A stretch of 42,965 nt of DNA from Elusimicrobiota bacterium (GTDB taxonomy: Bacteria; Elusimicrobiota; Elusimicrobia; UBA1565; UBA9628): positions 1 through 42,965 of the forward strand of contig JBBTHA010000037.1 in NCBI GenBank assembly GCA_038060535.1, given 5' to 3'. Positions within the stretch are counted from its first letter, which is position 1; every line of letters begins with the position of its first letter. The notes under the pieces were generated by a model. It was not told the DNA's origin. It saw nothing but the letters and a program-made list of their open reading frames with translations, and ran no database searches. Positions 24,407-33,872 of the stretch are shown here, in pieces. The translations under genes were made by a program, and so were the position numbers.

Positions 24407-26785
24407 GTGAAAAGCCTTCTTATGAGTGCCATCGCCACGGTTGCGCTGTCGTCTTCGGCTCTGGGGCAAACGGCGTCCTCCGGGACCGCCTCTGTCGTCG
24501 CCTCGTCCTCGCCGGCGGCTCCCGCCGTCGTCCCCCGACCCTGGGTCATCGGCGATATCAAAGCCGAGGTCCTAACCAATACAAAGCTTTCCACGATCCG
24601 CGGCGCCATCAAGGCACGGAAAGGCGATCTCTACGATCGCCCCGACCTTGACAAAGACATCCAGTCCCTGCTGGGCCTGGGCGTCTTCGAGCGCGTCGGC
24701 GCCGAGATCAGCCTGCTTGAGAAGCCGGTCCCCGAACATTTTCGCTCGGCGTCTGGGACCGACCGCCAAATTCTGCTCAACTTCCTCGTCAAGGAAAAGC
24801 CGATCGTCCGAAAAATAACCTTCGAAGGGCAAAAGAACCTGTCCCGGGGGACCCTCGGCGATTTGTTGTCTCTTAAAGTCAAAGACCCGTATGACCGCTC
24901 CAGGCTCGATGATGATCGCGATAAGATGGTGGACAAGTATCGAGAAAAAGGGTTTCTCGACGCCGCGATCGAACCCTCGGTTAAAACAGACACCTCCGCC
25001 GCGACCGTCGATATCGTTTTCAAGGTGACCGAGGGCCCCAAGTCGCGCATCGAGCTCGTAGAATTTTATGGAAGCAAGTCCTTTAAACCGAAAGCCTTGA
25101 CCAAGCTGATGAAGAACGCCCCTAAAAAGGTCTATTTCGCCAAAGACTTGCCCGAAGACATCAGAAAGATAGAATCCCACTACAAGAACAACGGCTTTCT
25201 AGACGTCCTCCTGTCGAGCCCTCTCGTCACCTTAAGCGCCGATAAAACTCGGATTTCCATCGCTCTCGGAATCGACGAGGGACGCTCCTACCGTTTCGGT
25301 GAAACAAGCTTTTCGGGCCACCTGATTTATGTCTCCTCGGAACTGATCAAGACCGTCGAATACCGCAAAGGCAAGGTGTTCAACGATGAGAAGTTCGAGG
25401 AAACCATCCGCGGCATTCAGGAACTCTATTCGGACAAAGGTCGCCTGCGCACGCGCATCAACCCGGTCAAAACCTTCGACGCCCAGACCGACCGGATGAA
25501 CGTGCGCTACGAGATCATCGAAGGACCGATTTCCTACATAGGACACATCGATGTCGAGGGCAATAAGGCCACCAAGACTCACGTCCTTAAGAGAGAAATC
25601 GTGTTCAAGCGCGGGGATCCCTTTTCCTCTTCGCGGGTCCGCCGCAGCGTGGAAAAGATCAGAAACCTCGGATTCATTGACGACGTCGACCTCGACCTTC
25701 AACCCACCCCCTCGGACCCGGACAAAGTCGACTTGACCTTCGACGTCACGGAGGGAAAGCCGGGAGTTCTCACCGCCGGAGCGGCCTACTCCTCGATCGA
25801 CGGCCTCATCGGAACCCTGTCGCTCCAACACCTCAATCTATTCGGGCGCGCCCAAAGAGCCTCGCTGCAATGGTCCTTCGGAAAACGCGTACAGGATTAC
25901 TCTTTGAGTTGGACGACTCCCTGGATAGGGGACCATCCGACCAGCCTCGGATTCGACGCCTATAATACCCGCCGGATCAACCCCTTCAACACCTCGTTAT
26001 CCGCCTATGTGGAAAAACGAACCGGCGCCTCCATCCGCCTCGGGCCCCGCTTCTCGGAAGACAAGTACCAGCTCAACCTCTCCTACGGATTGGCCCGCAT
26101 CGCGATTCAAAACGTTCAGAACCAATTTCTCGGCGTATTGTCTGAAGGCACCAGCATTCAATCCACTTTCGGAGCCGAGTTCGCCCGCGACACCCGCGAC
26201 AGCATTTGGGATCCCGCCCGGGGCACGCGCCACGGCGCCGGCATTCAATTGTCCGGCGGTCCGTTCAGGGGCGATATTCATTTTTTCAAACCCAGCATCA
26301 CCAACCAAGCCCACTTCACTCTGTTCACCCTGGAAGATTGGCCCTTCGTCTTGTCCGCCTTCCACCGGGCCGGCTATGTGACTCCGTTCAGCGTCACCAA
26401 ACAGGTCCCGGTCCAAGACCGCTTCTTTATCGGCGGCCAGGACTCGCTGCGCGGCTATGCCCCCTCGGGCGAAGCCGGCTATCCCCAAGGCGGAAAGGTC
26501 TACAGCACGGCTAATATTGAAATGGGCTTCCCGCTGGCTCGAGAACGGAAAAAAACCATCGTCAAGCTCGTCGCCTTCTTCGATGCGGGAGGAGCTTGGG
26601 ATCGCACCCGAGACGCGACTTTCCGCATCGGCTCTCTGGAGCGAGATATAAAAACCGACGTTGGAATCGGTCTACGCTTCGTCACCCCCGCGTTCCCCAT
26701 TCGCCTCGACTATGGCTACGGACTCAACCATCGCCAGGGCGAACGTCTCTATCAAATAAACTTCGGACTAGGACCCCTATTTTAA
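24407..26785 (+). CDS. bamA: Outer membrane protein assembly factor BamA
   Basis: Signal peptide, POTRA repeats, RFFIGGQDSLRGY (VRGF-like loop), and C-terminal strands PIRLDYG..INFGLGPLF. Confidence 0.93.
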   Translation: MKSLLMSAIATVALSSSALGQTASSGTASVVASSSPAAPAVVPRPWVIGDIKAEVLTNTKLSTIRGAIKARKGDLYDRPDLDKDIQSLLGLGVFERVGAEISLLEKPVPEHFRSASGTDRQILLNFLVKEKPIVRKITFEGQKNLSRGTLGDLLSLKVKDPYDRSRLDDDRDKMVDKYREKGFLDAAIEPSVKTDTSAATVDIVFKVTEGPKSRIELVEFYGSKSFKPKALTKLMKNAPKKVYFAKDLPEDIRKIESHYKNNGFLDVLLSSPLVTLSADKTRISIALGIDEGRSYRFGETSFSGHLIYVSSELIKTVEYRKGKVFNDEKFEETIRGIQELYSDKGRLRTRINPVKTFDAQTDRMNVRYEIIEGPISYIGHIDVEGNKATKTHVLKREIVFKRGDPFSSSRVRRSVEKIRNLGFIDDVDLDLQPTPSDPDKVDLTFDVTEGKPGVLTAGAAYSSIDGLIGTLSLQHLNLFGRAQRASLQWSFGKRVQDYSLSWTTPWIGDHPTSLGFDAYNTRRINPFNTSLSAYVEKRTGASIRLGPRFSEDKYQLNLSYGLARIAIQNVQNQFLGVLSEGTSIQSTFGAEFARDTRDSIWDPARGTRHGAGIQLSGGPFRGDIHFFKPSITNQAHFTLFTLEDWPFVLSAFHRAGYVTPFSVTKQVPVQDRFFIGGQDSLRGYAPSGEAGYPQGGKVYSTANIEMGFPLARERKKTIVKLVAFFDAGGAWDRTRDATFRIGSLERDIKTDVGIGLRFVTPAFPIRLDYGYGLNHRQGERLYQINFGLGPLF

Positions 26786-27624
26786 TGACATACACCTCGA
26801 CTCTCTCAATGCTGATCGCTCTTTCCGTCTGCGTTCCCGCGCGCGCCATCGAGCTCGCGCTTGAGGAAAATCGCGCCGAGCGAGGCAGCGTGGGCTTCGT
26901 CGATATGCAGCGCCTATTCAAGGCAAGCCCCGACGCCTCGCGAGCCCGGGAGGGTCTTGAAGAATTGGTGCGCCAAGCCGAGGAGCGCGTCAACGGAAAA
27001 AAAGCCGATATCCTTAAACTGCGACAGGACTTGGAATCGCTCGGCGTCGAGCGAGAGGAATTGGCCAAGGCCCCCCCGCCGACCCCCGCCCGCCCCCCTG
27101 AACCCGCCAAACCCATCGAGCCCGCTGCCAGCGCCGCCTCCACGACTCCTGCGACGGGCGTCCCAGAGACATCCACCCAACCCTCCGTGATCAATCTTCC
27201 CGGCCTTGGTGACAGCTCCATGAAAATCGACCGCCCCGGAACCTCGCCCCTTAACCCGACGGCTCAATCGACGCCGACGCAACCCGCAGCCGCGCCGCCC
27301 GCTCCAAACAAACCGAATTCCGCACAGCGCCTCATCGAGATTGACGGTCAACTGGCCGCAAAACGCGCCGAAATCGCTCGACTGCAAGCGGACCTAGATC
27401 GCGAACGCCAAGGCACGGAAAAAAATCTTCTCGACGCGGAAGGCCGTAAAACGGATCAGGTTCTCGCGCGCCTCTATCGGGCGATTTCCGAAGTCGCCAA
27501 GAAAGAGGGCGTCAGCGTCGTCGTCGACAAAGCCGCCACGCTCTATGGACACCCCGCCGTCGACTTAACCGATAAGGTTCTTAAGCAACTTTCGGGATCT
27601 TCCGCGACCCCCACACCACAATGA
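26785..27624 (+). CDS. skp: OmpH/Skp periplasmic chaperone with Pro/Ala/Ser/Thr-rich insertion
   Basis: [24 protein letters not shown], and VDLTDKVL. Located between bamA and lpxD. Start ATG 26785 (TAATG overlap). Confidence 0.8.
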   Translation: MTYTSTLSMLIALSVCVPARAIELALEENRAERGSVGFVDMQRLFKASPDASRAREGLEELVRQAEERVNGKKADILKLRQDLESLGVEREELAKAPPPTPARPPEPAKPIEPAASAASTTPATGVPETSTQPSVINLPGLGDSSMKIDRPGTSPLNPTAQSTPTQPAAAPPAPNKPNSAQRLIEIDGQLAAKRAEIARLQADLDRERQGTEKNLLDAEGRKTDQVLARLYRAISEVAKKEGVSVVVDKAATLYGHPAVDLTDKVLKQLSGSSATPTPQ

Positions 27625-28679
27625 AATCACTCCCAAAACCGATGACCGTCTCTGAAATTGCCAGTCTTGTACAAGGCACGGCCCTGGGCCAACTGGATTG
27701 CGTCATCACCGGCGTGTCGACCTTGTCCGACGCGGGTCCTCAAGACGCCGCGTTCCTGGAAAATCCAAAATACGGCCCTCTCGCGACGAGCTCCGGGGCC
27801 GGGTGCCTGTTTCTCCCTCCGGAAGCCAAAGACGCGCCCTGCGTGGCCAAGGCGCGAATCATCACGTCCGAGCCCCGCGGCGCTTTTACCGTTCTTATTC
27901 AACTCATCGACCAAGCCGCCAAGCTTAAGATCCTTCCCACTCTCAGCACAAAAGCCTCGATCCACGGCAACGCCGTGCTCGGCAAGGGCGTGGTGGTGGG
28001 AGATTTCACGGTCATCGATAAGAACGTCGTCGTGGGCGATAGCTCCACAATCATGGCTCAGTGCTATTTGGGCGCGAACGTCAAGATCGGTCGCGGCTGC
28101 CTTATTTATCCTCAGGTCGTCATCCGGGAAGACTGCGTTATCGGCGACAACGTGATCATTCATCCCGGGACCATAATAGGGGCGGACGGCTTCGGATTCT
28201 TGACCGATCGAAAAACCGGAAAACACACGAAGATCCCTCAGTTGGGGAACGTCGTTATCGAATCAGGCGTAGAGATCGGCGCCAACGTGACGATCGATCG
28301 GGCATCCCTTGGGTCAACCGTCGTCAAGTCCGGCACCCAGATCGACAACCTCGTGCAAATTGGTCACAACGTCAAGGTCGGCCGCGACTGCGTCATCGTC
28401 TCCCAAACCGGAATCGCCGGCTCGGCGATCATCGGCAATAACGTCATTCTCGCCGGCCAGTCCGGCGTCGCCGGACACATCACGCTCGGCGACGGCGCCA
28501 CCCTTGCCGCTCAATCCGGAGCGATGAACGATGTCCCGCCAAAATCCACCGTGTTCGGCTCGCCCGCCCGTCCTCGAAGAGACGCTTTCAAACTGCTCGC
28601 GCTTTACGGCCGTCTGCCTGAATTATTCGAACAGGTCAAAGAGCTGGAAAAAAAGATCAGCGGCGCGGCCGCTCAGTGA
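27621..28679 (+). CDS. lpxD: UDP-3-O-acyl-glucosamine N-acyltransferase
   Basis: Hexapeptide repeats, [17 protein letters not shown], and [10 protein letters not shown]. Confidence 0.95.
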   Translation: MKSLPKPMTVSEIASLVQGTALGQLDCVITGVSTLSDAGPQDAAFLENPKYGPLATSSGAGCLFLPPEAKDAPCVAKARIITSEPRGAFTVLIQLIDQAAKLKILPTLSTKASIHGNAVLGKGVVVGDFTVIDKNVVVGDSSTIMAQCYLGANVKIGRGCLIYPQVVIREDCVIGDNVIIHPGTIIGADGFGFLTDRKTGKHTKIPQLGNVVIESGVEIGANVTIDRASLGSTVVKSGTQIDNLVQIGHNVKVGRDCVIVSQTGIAGSAIIGNNVILAGQSGVAGHITLGDGATLAAQSGAMNDVPPKSTVFGSPARPRRDAFKLLALYGRLPELFEQVKELEKKISGAAAQ

Positions 28680-28686
28680 GGACCCC

Positions 28687-29577
28687 ATGGACACCATTCC
28701 CCTTCAAACAACGATAAGCAGGGAAGTCGAGCTGGAAGGCGTCGGACTTCATACTGGAAATAAATCAAAAATCACGTTCCGCCCCGCGCTTGCCAATACC
28801 GGAATAAGATTCTTCCGCGCGGACATGCACGGCACGCCGATGATCCCCGCTCGCTTAAACTTCGTGCTCACGACCGTGCGCGGCACCAATCTCGGCCTAG
28901 GCGACGCCAAGGTCCACACTGTCGAGCACGTGCTCTCCGCCTGCACCGGTGTGGGCGTCGACAACATCGACATTCTCGTGACGGCCAATGAGCCTCCGAT
29001 CATGGACGGCTCGGCGATGCCCTATATCGAAGCGCTGCTGCGCGCGGGGATTAGATCTCTCGACGCCCCCAAGCGCTACCTTCACATTCCTCACGAGGTG
29101 ACCTATACGGCCAAGGATGGGGCCCGTTATCGCGCCACGCCCTCCGAATCGTTTGAGATCCTGGCAGTTCTGGTTCACGAACACCCTCTCATGCCCAAAA
29201 TGACCTTGTCGATGACCGTGGACCGCGACAGCTACCTCACGGAAGTCGCCCGCGCGCGAACGTTCTGCTTCGAGCACGAGGTCTCCTATCTAAAATCCCA
29301 GGGCCTGGCCCAGGGGGGCAGTCTGGAGAACGCGATCGTCGTAGGGAAGGATCGATTCCACACCAATGACGAGGGTCTGCGCTTCCCCGACGAATTCGTG
29401 CGCCACAAAATGCTGGATCTGATCGGCGACTTAACACTGATCGGCCGCTCACTCTTCAAGATGAGAATCGAGGTCGAGCGCCTAGGACACGCGCACAACG
29501 TCGAGTTCGCAAAACTCCTCGATTCTGCGGCGAAGACTTTGCGCAGACCTAAATCACATGTACTGGAGGTCAAATGA
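28687..29577 (+). CDS. lpxC: UDP-3-O-acyl-GlcNAc deacetylase
   Basis: GVGLHTG, TVEHVLSA, PIMDGSA, ARTF, HKMLDLIGD, and GH..N. Start moved to ATG 28687. Confidence 0.95.
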   Translation: MDTIPLQTTISREVELEGVGLHTGNKSKITFRPALANTGIRFFRADMHGTPMIPARLNFVLTTVRGTNLGLGDAKVHTVEHVLSACTGVGVDNIDILVTANEPPIMDGSAMPYIEALLRAGIRSLDAPKRYLHIPHEVTYTAKDGARYRATPSESFEILAVLVHEHPLMPKMTLSMTVDRDSYLTEVARARTFCFEHEVSYLKSQGLAQGGSLENAIVVGKDRFHTNDEGLRFPDEFVRHKMLDLIGDLTLIGRSLFKMRIEVERLGHAHNVEFAKLLDSAAKTLRRPKSHVLEVK

Positions 29578-30059
29578 ACACAAACACCGCCGTCGCCTCT
29601 CCGTTCTCTTCCGCACCGGTGAGATCCCTTGACATCACCGGAGTCAAGAAGGCCATCCCGCACCGCTACCCGTTCCTTCTTGTCGATCGCATCGAAGTCA
29701 TCGAGGAAGACAAGTACTGCGTAGGAATTAAGATGGTCAGCACTAATGAACATTTTTTTGAGGGCCACTTTCCGGGACAACCCGTCATGCCCGGAGTTTT
29801 GATCATCGAGTCCATGGCTCAGACCGCTTGCGCCATGCTCTTGTCCAAGGGCGGCTACGAAAACAAAATCGCCTTCTTCATGGGCATCGATGAGGCCAAG
29901 TTCAGGGCCCCCGTGCTGCCCGGAAGCGTTCTTAAGCACCACATCGAGATCCTTCGCCTCGGCCGCGCCGGAAAATTCAAGGGCGAATCCTACGTCGACG
30001 GGAAAATGGTCGCTGAGGCCACCATGACGTTCGCCCTCGTCGACAAGGCCCAAGGGTAA
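29574..30059 (+). CDS. fabZ: 3-hydroxyacyl-ACP dehydratase
   Basis: IPHRYPFLLVD and FFEGHFPGQPVMPGVLIIESMAQ. Has its own ggagg RBS. Confidence 0.95.
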   Translation: MNTNTAVASPFSSAPVRSLDITGVKKAIPHRYPFLLVDRIEVIEEDKYCVGIKMVSTNEHFFEGHFPGQPVMPGVLIIESMAQTACAMLLSKGGYENKIAFFMGIDEAKFRAPVLPGSVLKHHIEILRLGRAGKFKGESYVDGKMVAEATMTFALVDKAQG

Positions 30060-30061
30060 TC

Positions 30062-30871
30062 ATGGCCATCCACTCTTGCGCCATCGTCGACCCTTCCGCC
30101 CGAATCGATCCCTCCGCCGAGATCGCCGCCTATGCCATCATCGGCCCCGAAGCGGTGATCGGCCCCCGGACAAAGGTCGGAGCGCACGCCGTCGTTGAAC
30201 ACGCGACTCTTGGGGCGGACAACGTTCTTCACCCCGGCTGCTATGTTGGAACCCCGCCGCAGGATTTGAAGTACGCGGGGGAAACGACGCGCCTGATCAT
30301 GGGAGATAAATGCGTCGTGCGTGAGTGCGTGACGCTCAACCGGGGGACGGTCGGCGGAGGAGGTTTGACCAAGATCGGCTCCAACTGCCTATTCATGGCC
30401 TACTCTCACGTCGCCCATGATTGCGACCTCGGCAATGGAGTCATCCTGGTCAACTCCGTGGCGCTCGCCGGGCATATCACCGTCGGAGAATATGCCGTGG
30501 TCGGAGGTCTTGCCGCGATCCATCAATACGTGCGCATCGGCCGTTACGCGATGCTCGGGGGCGGCTCGATGAATGGACAGGATATCCTGCCCTTCACAAC
30601 CACGCAGGGAGATCGCGCGGTGCTGCGCGGCCTCAATATTCTCGGCATGCGCCGCGGTGGGTTTTCACGAGAGTCGATGAACGCTCTCAAAAACGCCTAT
30701 AAAACCCTGTTTCTGTCCGGAATGACCCAGGAAGACGCCCTGGCCCGCCTCAAATCCGGACATCCTGGCGCTGAGGTCCTGGAATGGATCACCTTCATCG
30801 AGACGGCTGGAAAGCGCGGAGTCATGCGCCCCGCGGTCGGCGCGACCGAAGTCGAGGAGGCGGCGGCCTGA
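30062..30871 (+). CDS. lpxA: Acyl-ACP:UDP-GlcNAc(3N) acyltransferase
   Basis: PQDLKY.GE, RE.VTLNRGT, MAYSHVAHDC, LAGH, IHQY, and GLN..GMRR. Confidence 0.95.
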   Translation: MAIHSCAIVDPSARIDPSAEIAAYAIIGPEAVIGPRTKVGAHAVVEHATLGADNVLHPGCYVGTPPQDLKYAGETTRLIMGDKCVVRECVTLNRGTVGGGGLTKIGSNCLFMAYSHVAHDCDLGNGVILVNSVALAGHITVGEYAVVGGLAAIHQYVRIGRYAMLGGGSMNGQDILPFTTTQGDRAVLRGLNILGMRRGGFSRESMNALKNAYKTLFLSGMTQEDALARLKSGHPGAEVLEWITFIETAGKRGVMRPAVGATEVEEAAA

Positions 30872-30875
30872 AAGC

Positions 30876-31715
30876 GTGAGCGAAACTCTTGGATTGATCG
30901 CCGGGTCCGGACGTTTTCCACTGCTCGTCGCTGAGGAAGCCGTCCGTCGAGGAGTGGGGGTGGTCGCTCTCGGAATCCCGGGGGTGACCGATCCCGCTTT
31001 GGAGACCGTCGCCGGGGCGTTGCAATGGTTTAAGCTCGGCCAGCTTGATGCCCCGATCAAGGCGCTTAAGGATGCTGGCGTCAAAAAAGTCATCATGGCG
31101 GGAAAAGTGCAGCATGTCTCCATATTCGGCGGCATCCAGCCGGATTGGCGGGCGGCCAAAGTTCTCATGTCGTTAAAGGACAAACGGACGGATACCATTT
31201 TGGGCGCTGTCGTCTCGGAATTCGCCAAGGATGGTCTGGAGTTTGTGTCCTCGGCCCGCTACCTCGAACATCTTCTAGCGCCCGTAGGAGCCCTAACGCG
31301 GCGAGCTTTCACGAAGGAACAGCTCGCAGACGCCGCATTGGGCTGGCGGGCGGCCAAGGCCGTGGCCGGTTTCGACATCGGCCAAACCGTCGCCGTGCAG
31401 GGAGCGGTCGTCGTCGCCGTCGAGGGGATGGAAGGAACCGACGCCTGCGTGGAGCGCGCGGCCCAGTTGGCCCGCTCCCAGGGCCGGAACAGCGCGCTTG
31501 TGGTCGTCAAAGTCGCTAAACCGCGCCAAGATTTCCGCTTTGATCTTCCCGTCGTGGGACTCGACACCCTGAAAGCCTTTCGTGCCGCCGGCGTCGGAGC
31601 CCTCGCCCTCGAGGCCGGCGCGGCTTTGATATTCGACAGGGCTCGCTTTGCCGCCGAGGCGGATGCCTCCTCGATCGCCGTCGCCGGATTTCCTCCGCAA
31701 GGCCCGTTATTATGA
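30876..31715 (+). CDS. lpxI: UDP-2,3-diacylglucosamine diphosphatase LpxI
   Basis: LGLIAGSGRFP, DIGQT, AVEGMEGTD, and KVAKPRQDFRFDLPVVG. Confidence 0.92.
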   Translation: MSETLGLIAGSGRFPLLVAEEAVRRGVGVVALGIPGVTDPALETVAGALQWFKLGQLDAPIKALKDAGVKKVIMAGKVQHVSIFGGIQPDWRAAKVLMSLKDKRTDTILGAVVSEFAKDGLEFVSSARYLEHLLAPVGALTRRAFTKEQLADAALGWRAAKAVAGFDIGQTVAVQGAVVVAVEGMEGTDACVERAAQLARSQGRNSALVVVKVAKPRQDFRFDLPVVGLDTLKAFRAAGVGALALEAGAALIFDRARFAAEADASSIAVAGFPPQGPLL

Positions 31716-32755
31716 GCGACACCTCGAAAATTCGCGTTGCCGTCATCGGCGCGGGGAAAATGGGGACTCACCACGCTCGCGCCCTCTCCAAACAACCCGA
31801 CGTCGAACTCGTCGGAATCTGCGACACGAACGTATGGAAAGCGCAAATCGCGGCCTGGCAAGCCAATACCGTTGCGGCCCGCAATTACAAGGACGTGCTC
31901 GGACGCGTGGATGCCGTCATCGTGGCCGTTCCAACCCCCCTGCATTATGAAGTCGGGATCACCGCGCTATCGGCAGACACTCATGTTCTGATCGAAAAAC
32001 CCTTGGCCTCATCCGTCGATGAGGCCAAGGAACTTCTCGACCTCTCCGAAAGCAAGCGCCTGGTCCTGCAGGTCGGGCATATCGAGCGGTTCAATCCCGC
32101 CGTGCTTGAGGCCGTGCGTCACATTCGCGACCCCCGCTACATTACGGTTGAACGCCTGGGTCCCTACGACCCCCGCATGGCGCATATCGGCGTCGTCCTG
32201 GATCTTATGATCCACGACCTCGACATTCTCCTCACTTTGATCGGAAGCGAGGTCGAAAGCATCGAAGCCCTGGGAGCCAACCTTTTGTCCGCCCATGAAG
32301 ATATCGCCAACGTGCGGGTACGTTTCAAGACCGGCTGCGTGGCTGATTTAACCGCCAGCCGCATCTCTTTGCAAAAAAGTCGAAAACTGCGCGCGTTCCA
32401 AAAAGATTCCTACATCTCCCTCGACTACGGCAACACCACTCTCAAGGTCTATCGAAAAAAGAATCCGGTTATCAAAAGTCTCAAAGACGTGGAGTATCTG
32501 AAGCCCAAGCTCGCCTCCACCGACCCGCTCAAAAATGAGCACCAGCACTTTCTTGACTGCATCCGTCACAACCGCAAACCTTGGCCCAGCGGCGAACGCG
32601 GCGTGGAAGCCCTGAAACTCGCTCTACAAATCTCCGAGGAGTTGCGCCGCTACGAACTCTCCGGTCACGCCGGGTCCCGCTCCCTGATGCCCAGTTGGGC
32701 TCAGGATCTCGGGAAAATCGCCAAGTCCGTGGGAAAGGATATTCTCAGAAGCTGA
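31712..32755 (+). CDS. Gfo/Idh/MocA oxidoreductase, GnnA-like (UDP-GlcNAc 3-dehydrogenase candidate)
   Basis: IGAGKMG.HH, LIEKP, VGHIERFNP, DLMIHDLD, and TASR. Located between lpxI and lpxB, as gnnA often is. Confidence 0.8.
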   Translation: MSDTSKIRVAVIGAGKMGTHHARALSKQPDVELVGICDTNVWKAQIAAWQANTVAARNYKDVLGRVDAVIVAVPTPLHYEVGITALSADTHVLIEKPLASSVDEAKELLDLSESKRLVLQVGHIERFNPAVLEAVRHIRDPRYITVERLGPYDPRMAHIGVVLDLMIHDLDILLTLIGSEVESIEALGANLLSAHEDIANVRVRFKTGCVADLTASRISLQKSRKLRAFQKDSYISLDYGNTTLKVYRKKNPVIKSLKDVEYLKPKLASTDPLKNEHQHFLDCIRHNRKPWPSGERGVEALKLALQISEELRRYELSGHAGSRSLMPSWAQDLGKIAKSVGKDILRS

Positions 32756-32759
32756 ATCG

Positions 32760-33872
32760 ATGACATCGCCTTTGCTCCTTGTTGTCGCAGGGGACCCCTC
32801 AGGCGATCTCCATGCCTCCAACCTCATCAAAGCGATCAAGCGGCGCGACTCGACGGCCAAAGTGGCCGCCGTGGGGGGACCCCTCTGTCGCGAAATCGCC
32901 GACGAATTCATCGAAGATCTCGCCTCCCGCGGCGTGACGGGTTTTTGGGAACCCGCTCTTAAGATCGGATTCATACTGCGTCTGGCTTGGCGTCTCAAGC
33001 GATTTCTCGCCGAACGCCGCCCAGGCGCCCTCATTTGCGTGGACTATTACGGATTCAATCGACTCATTCTTCCCTATGCCAAGGCCTTCACGATTCCCGC
33101 TTTTTACTTCGTGAGTCCTCAGGTCTGGGCCTCAAGACCCGGAAGAGCGTCGGTGCTCAAGCGTTTCGTTCAAAAGATGCTCGTGATATTCCCCTTTGAA
33201 GAAAAGCTTTACCGCGAACTAGGCGTCCCCGTTGAATTCGTCGGACATCCGTTGCTGGATCTCATTGCCCCGCCGGCCCGAAGGGCCCCGGGGTCTAACG
33301 TCATCGGCCTACTTCCGGGAAGCCGCGCAAGCGAAGTCTCTCGGCACCTGCCTGTATTTTACGACGCATTCCGCCTCCTGAGAGAAAAACGGCCCTCGTT
33401 GCGGGGGCTGTTATTCGCCGCGACCTCCCTATCCGACGAGGCTTACGGGAGCCTCCCGGAGGGAATAACCCTCGTGCGCGAGAGGGATTATGCCCAACGC
33501 GCGCAGGTTGATCTGGCGATCTGTTCCTCCGGAACGGCGACTCTGGAAAACGCCCTGTTGGGAGTGCCCATGATCGTCGTTTACAAAATGTCTTGGCCGA
33601 CCTATGCCGTGGCGCGCTCCCTCGTAAAGGTCAAAAATATCGCGATGGCCAACATCCTTGCCGGGAAAACCATCGTCCCTGAGTTGATCCAAGGCGCCGC
33701 CACGAGCGAGCGTGTCGTCACCGAGGCCACGGCGATTCTCGATCATCCTGAATCGGCCGCCACGATCGCTTCGGAACTGCTTGCCGTGCGCTTGTCTCTG
33801 GGAAAAACAGGGGCCGTCGATCGCGCGGCGGCGATTATTCTGGCGCACAAGTCCGCGGAGACCGCCCGATGA
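32760..33872 (+). CDS. lpxB: Lipid-A-disaccharide synthase
   Basis: AGDPSGD, VDY.GFN, SPQVWA.R, IFPFE, FVGHP, LLPGSR.SE, and SGTATLE. Confidence 0.95.
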   Translation: MTSPLLLVVAGDPSGDLHASNLIKAIKRRDSTAKVAAVGGPLCREIADEFIEDLASRGVTGFWEPALKIGFILRLAWRLKRFLAERRPGALICVDYYGFNRLILPYAKAFTIPAFYFVSPQVWASRPGRASVLKRFVQKMLVIFPFEEKLYRELGVPVEFVGHPLLDLIAPPARRAPGSNVIGLLPGSRASEVSRHLPVFYDAFRLLREKRPSLRGLLFAATSLSDEAYGSLPEGITLVRERDYAQRAQVDLAICSSGTATLENALLGVPMIVVYKMSWPTYAVARSLVKVKNIAMANILAGKTIVPELIQGAATSERVVTEATAILDHPESAATIASELLAVRLSLGKTGAVDRAAAIILAHKSAETAR

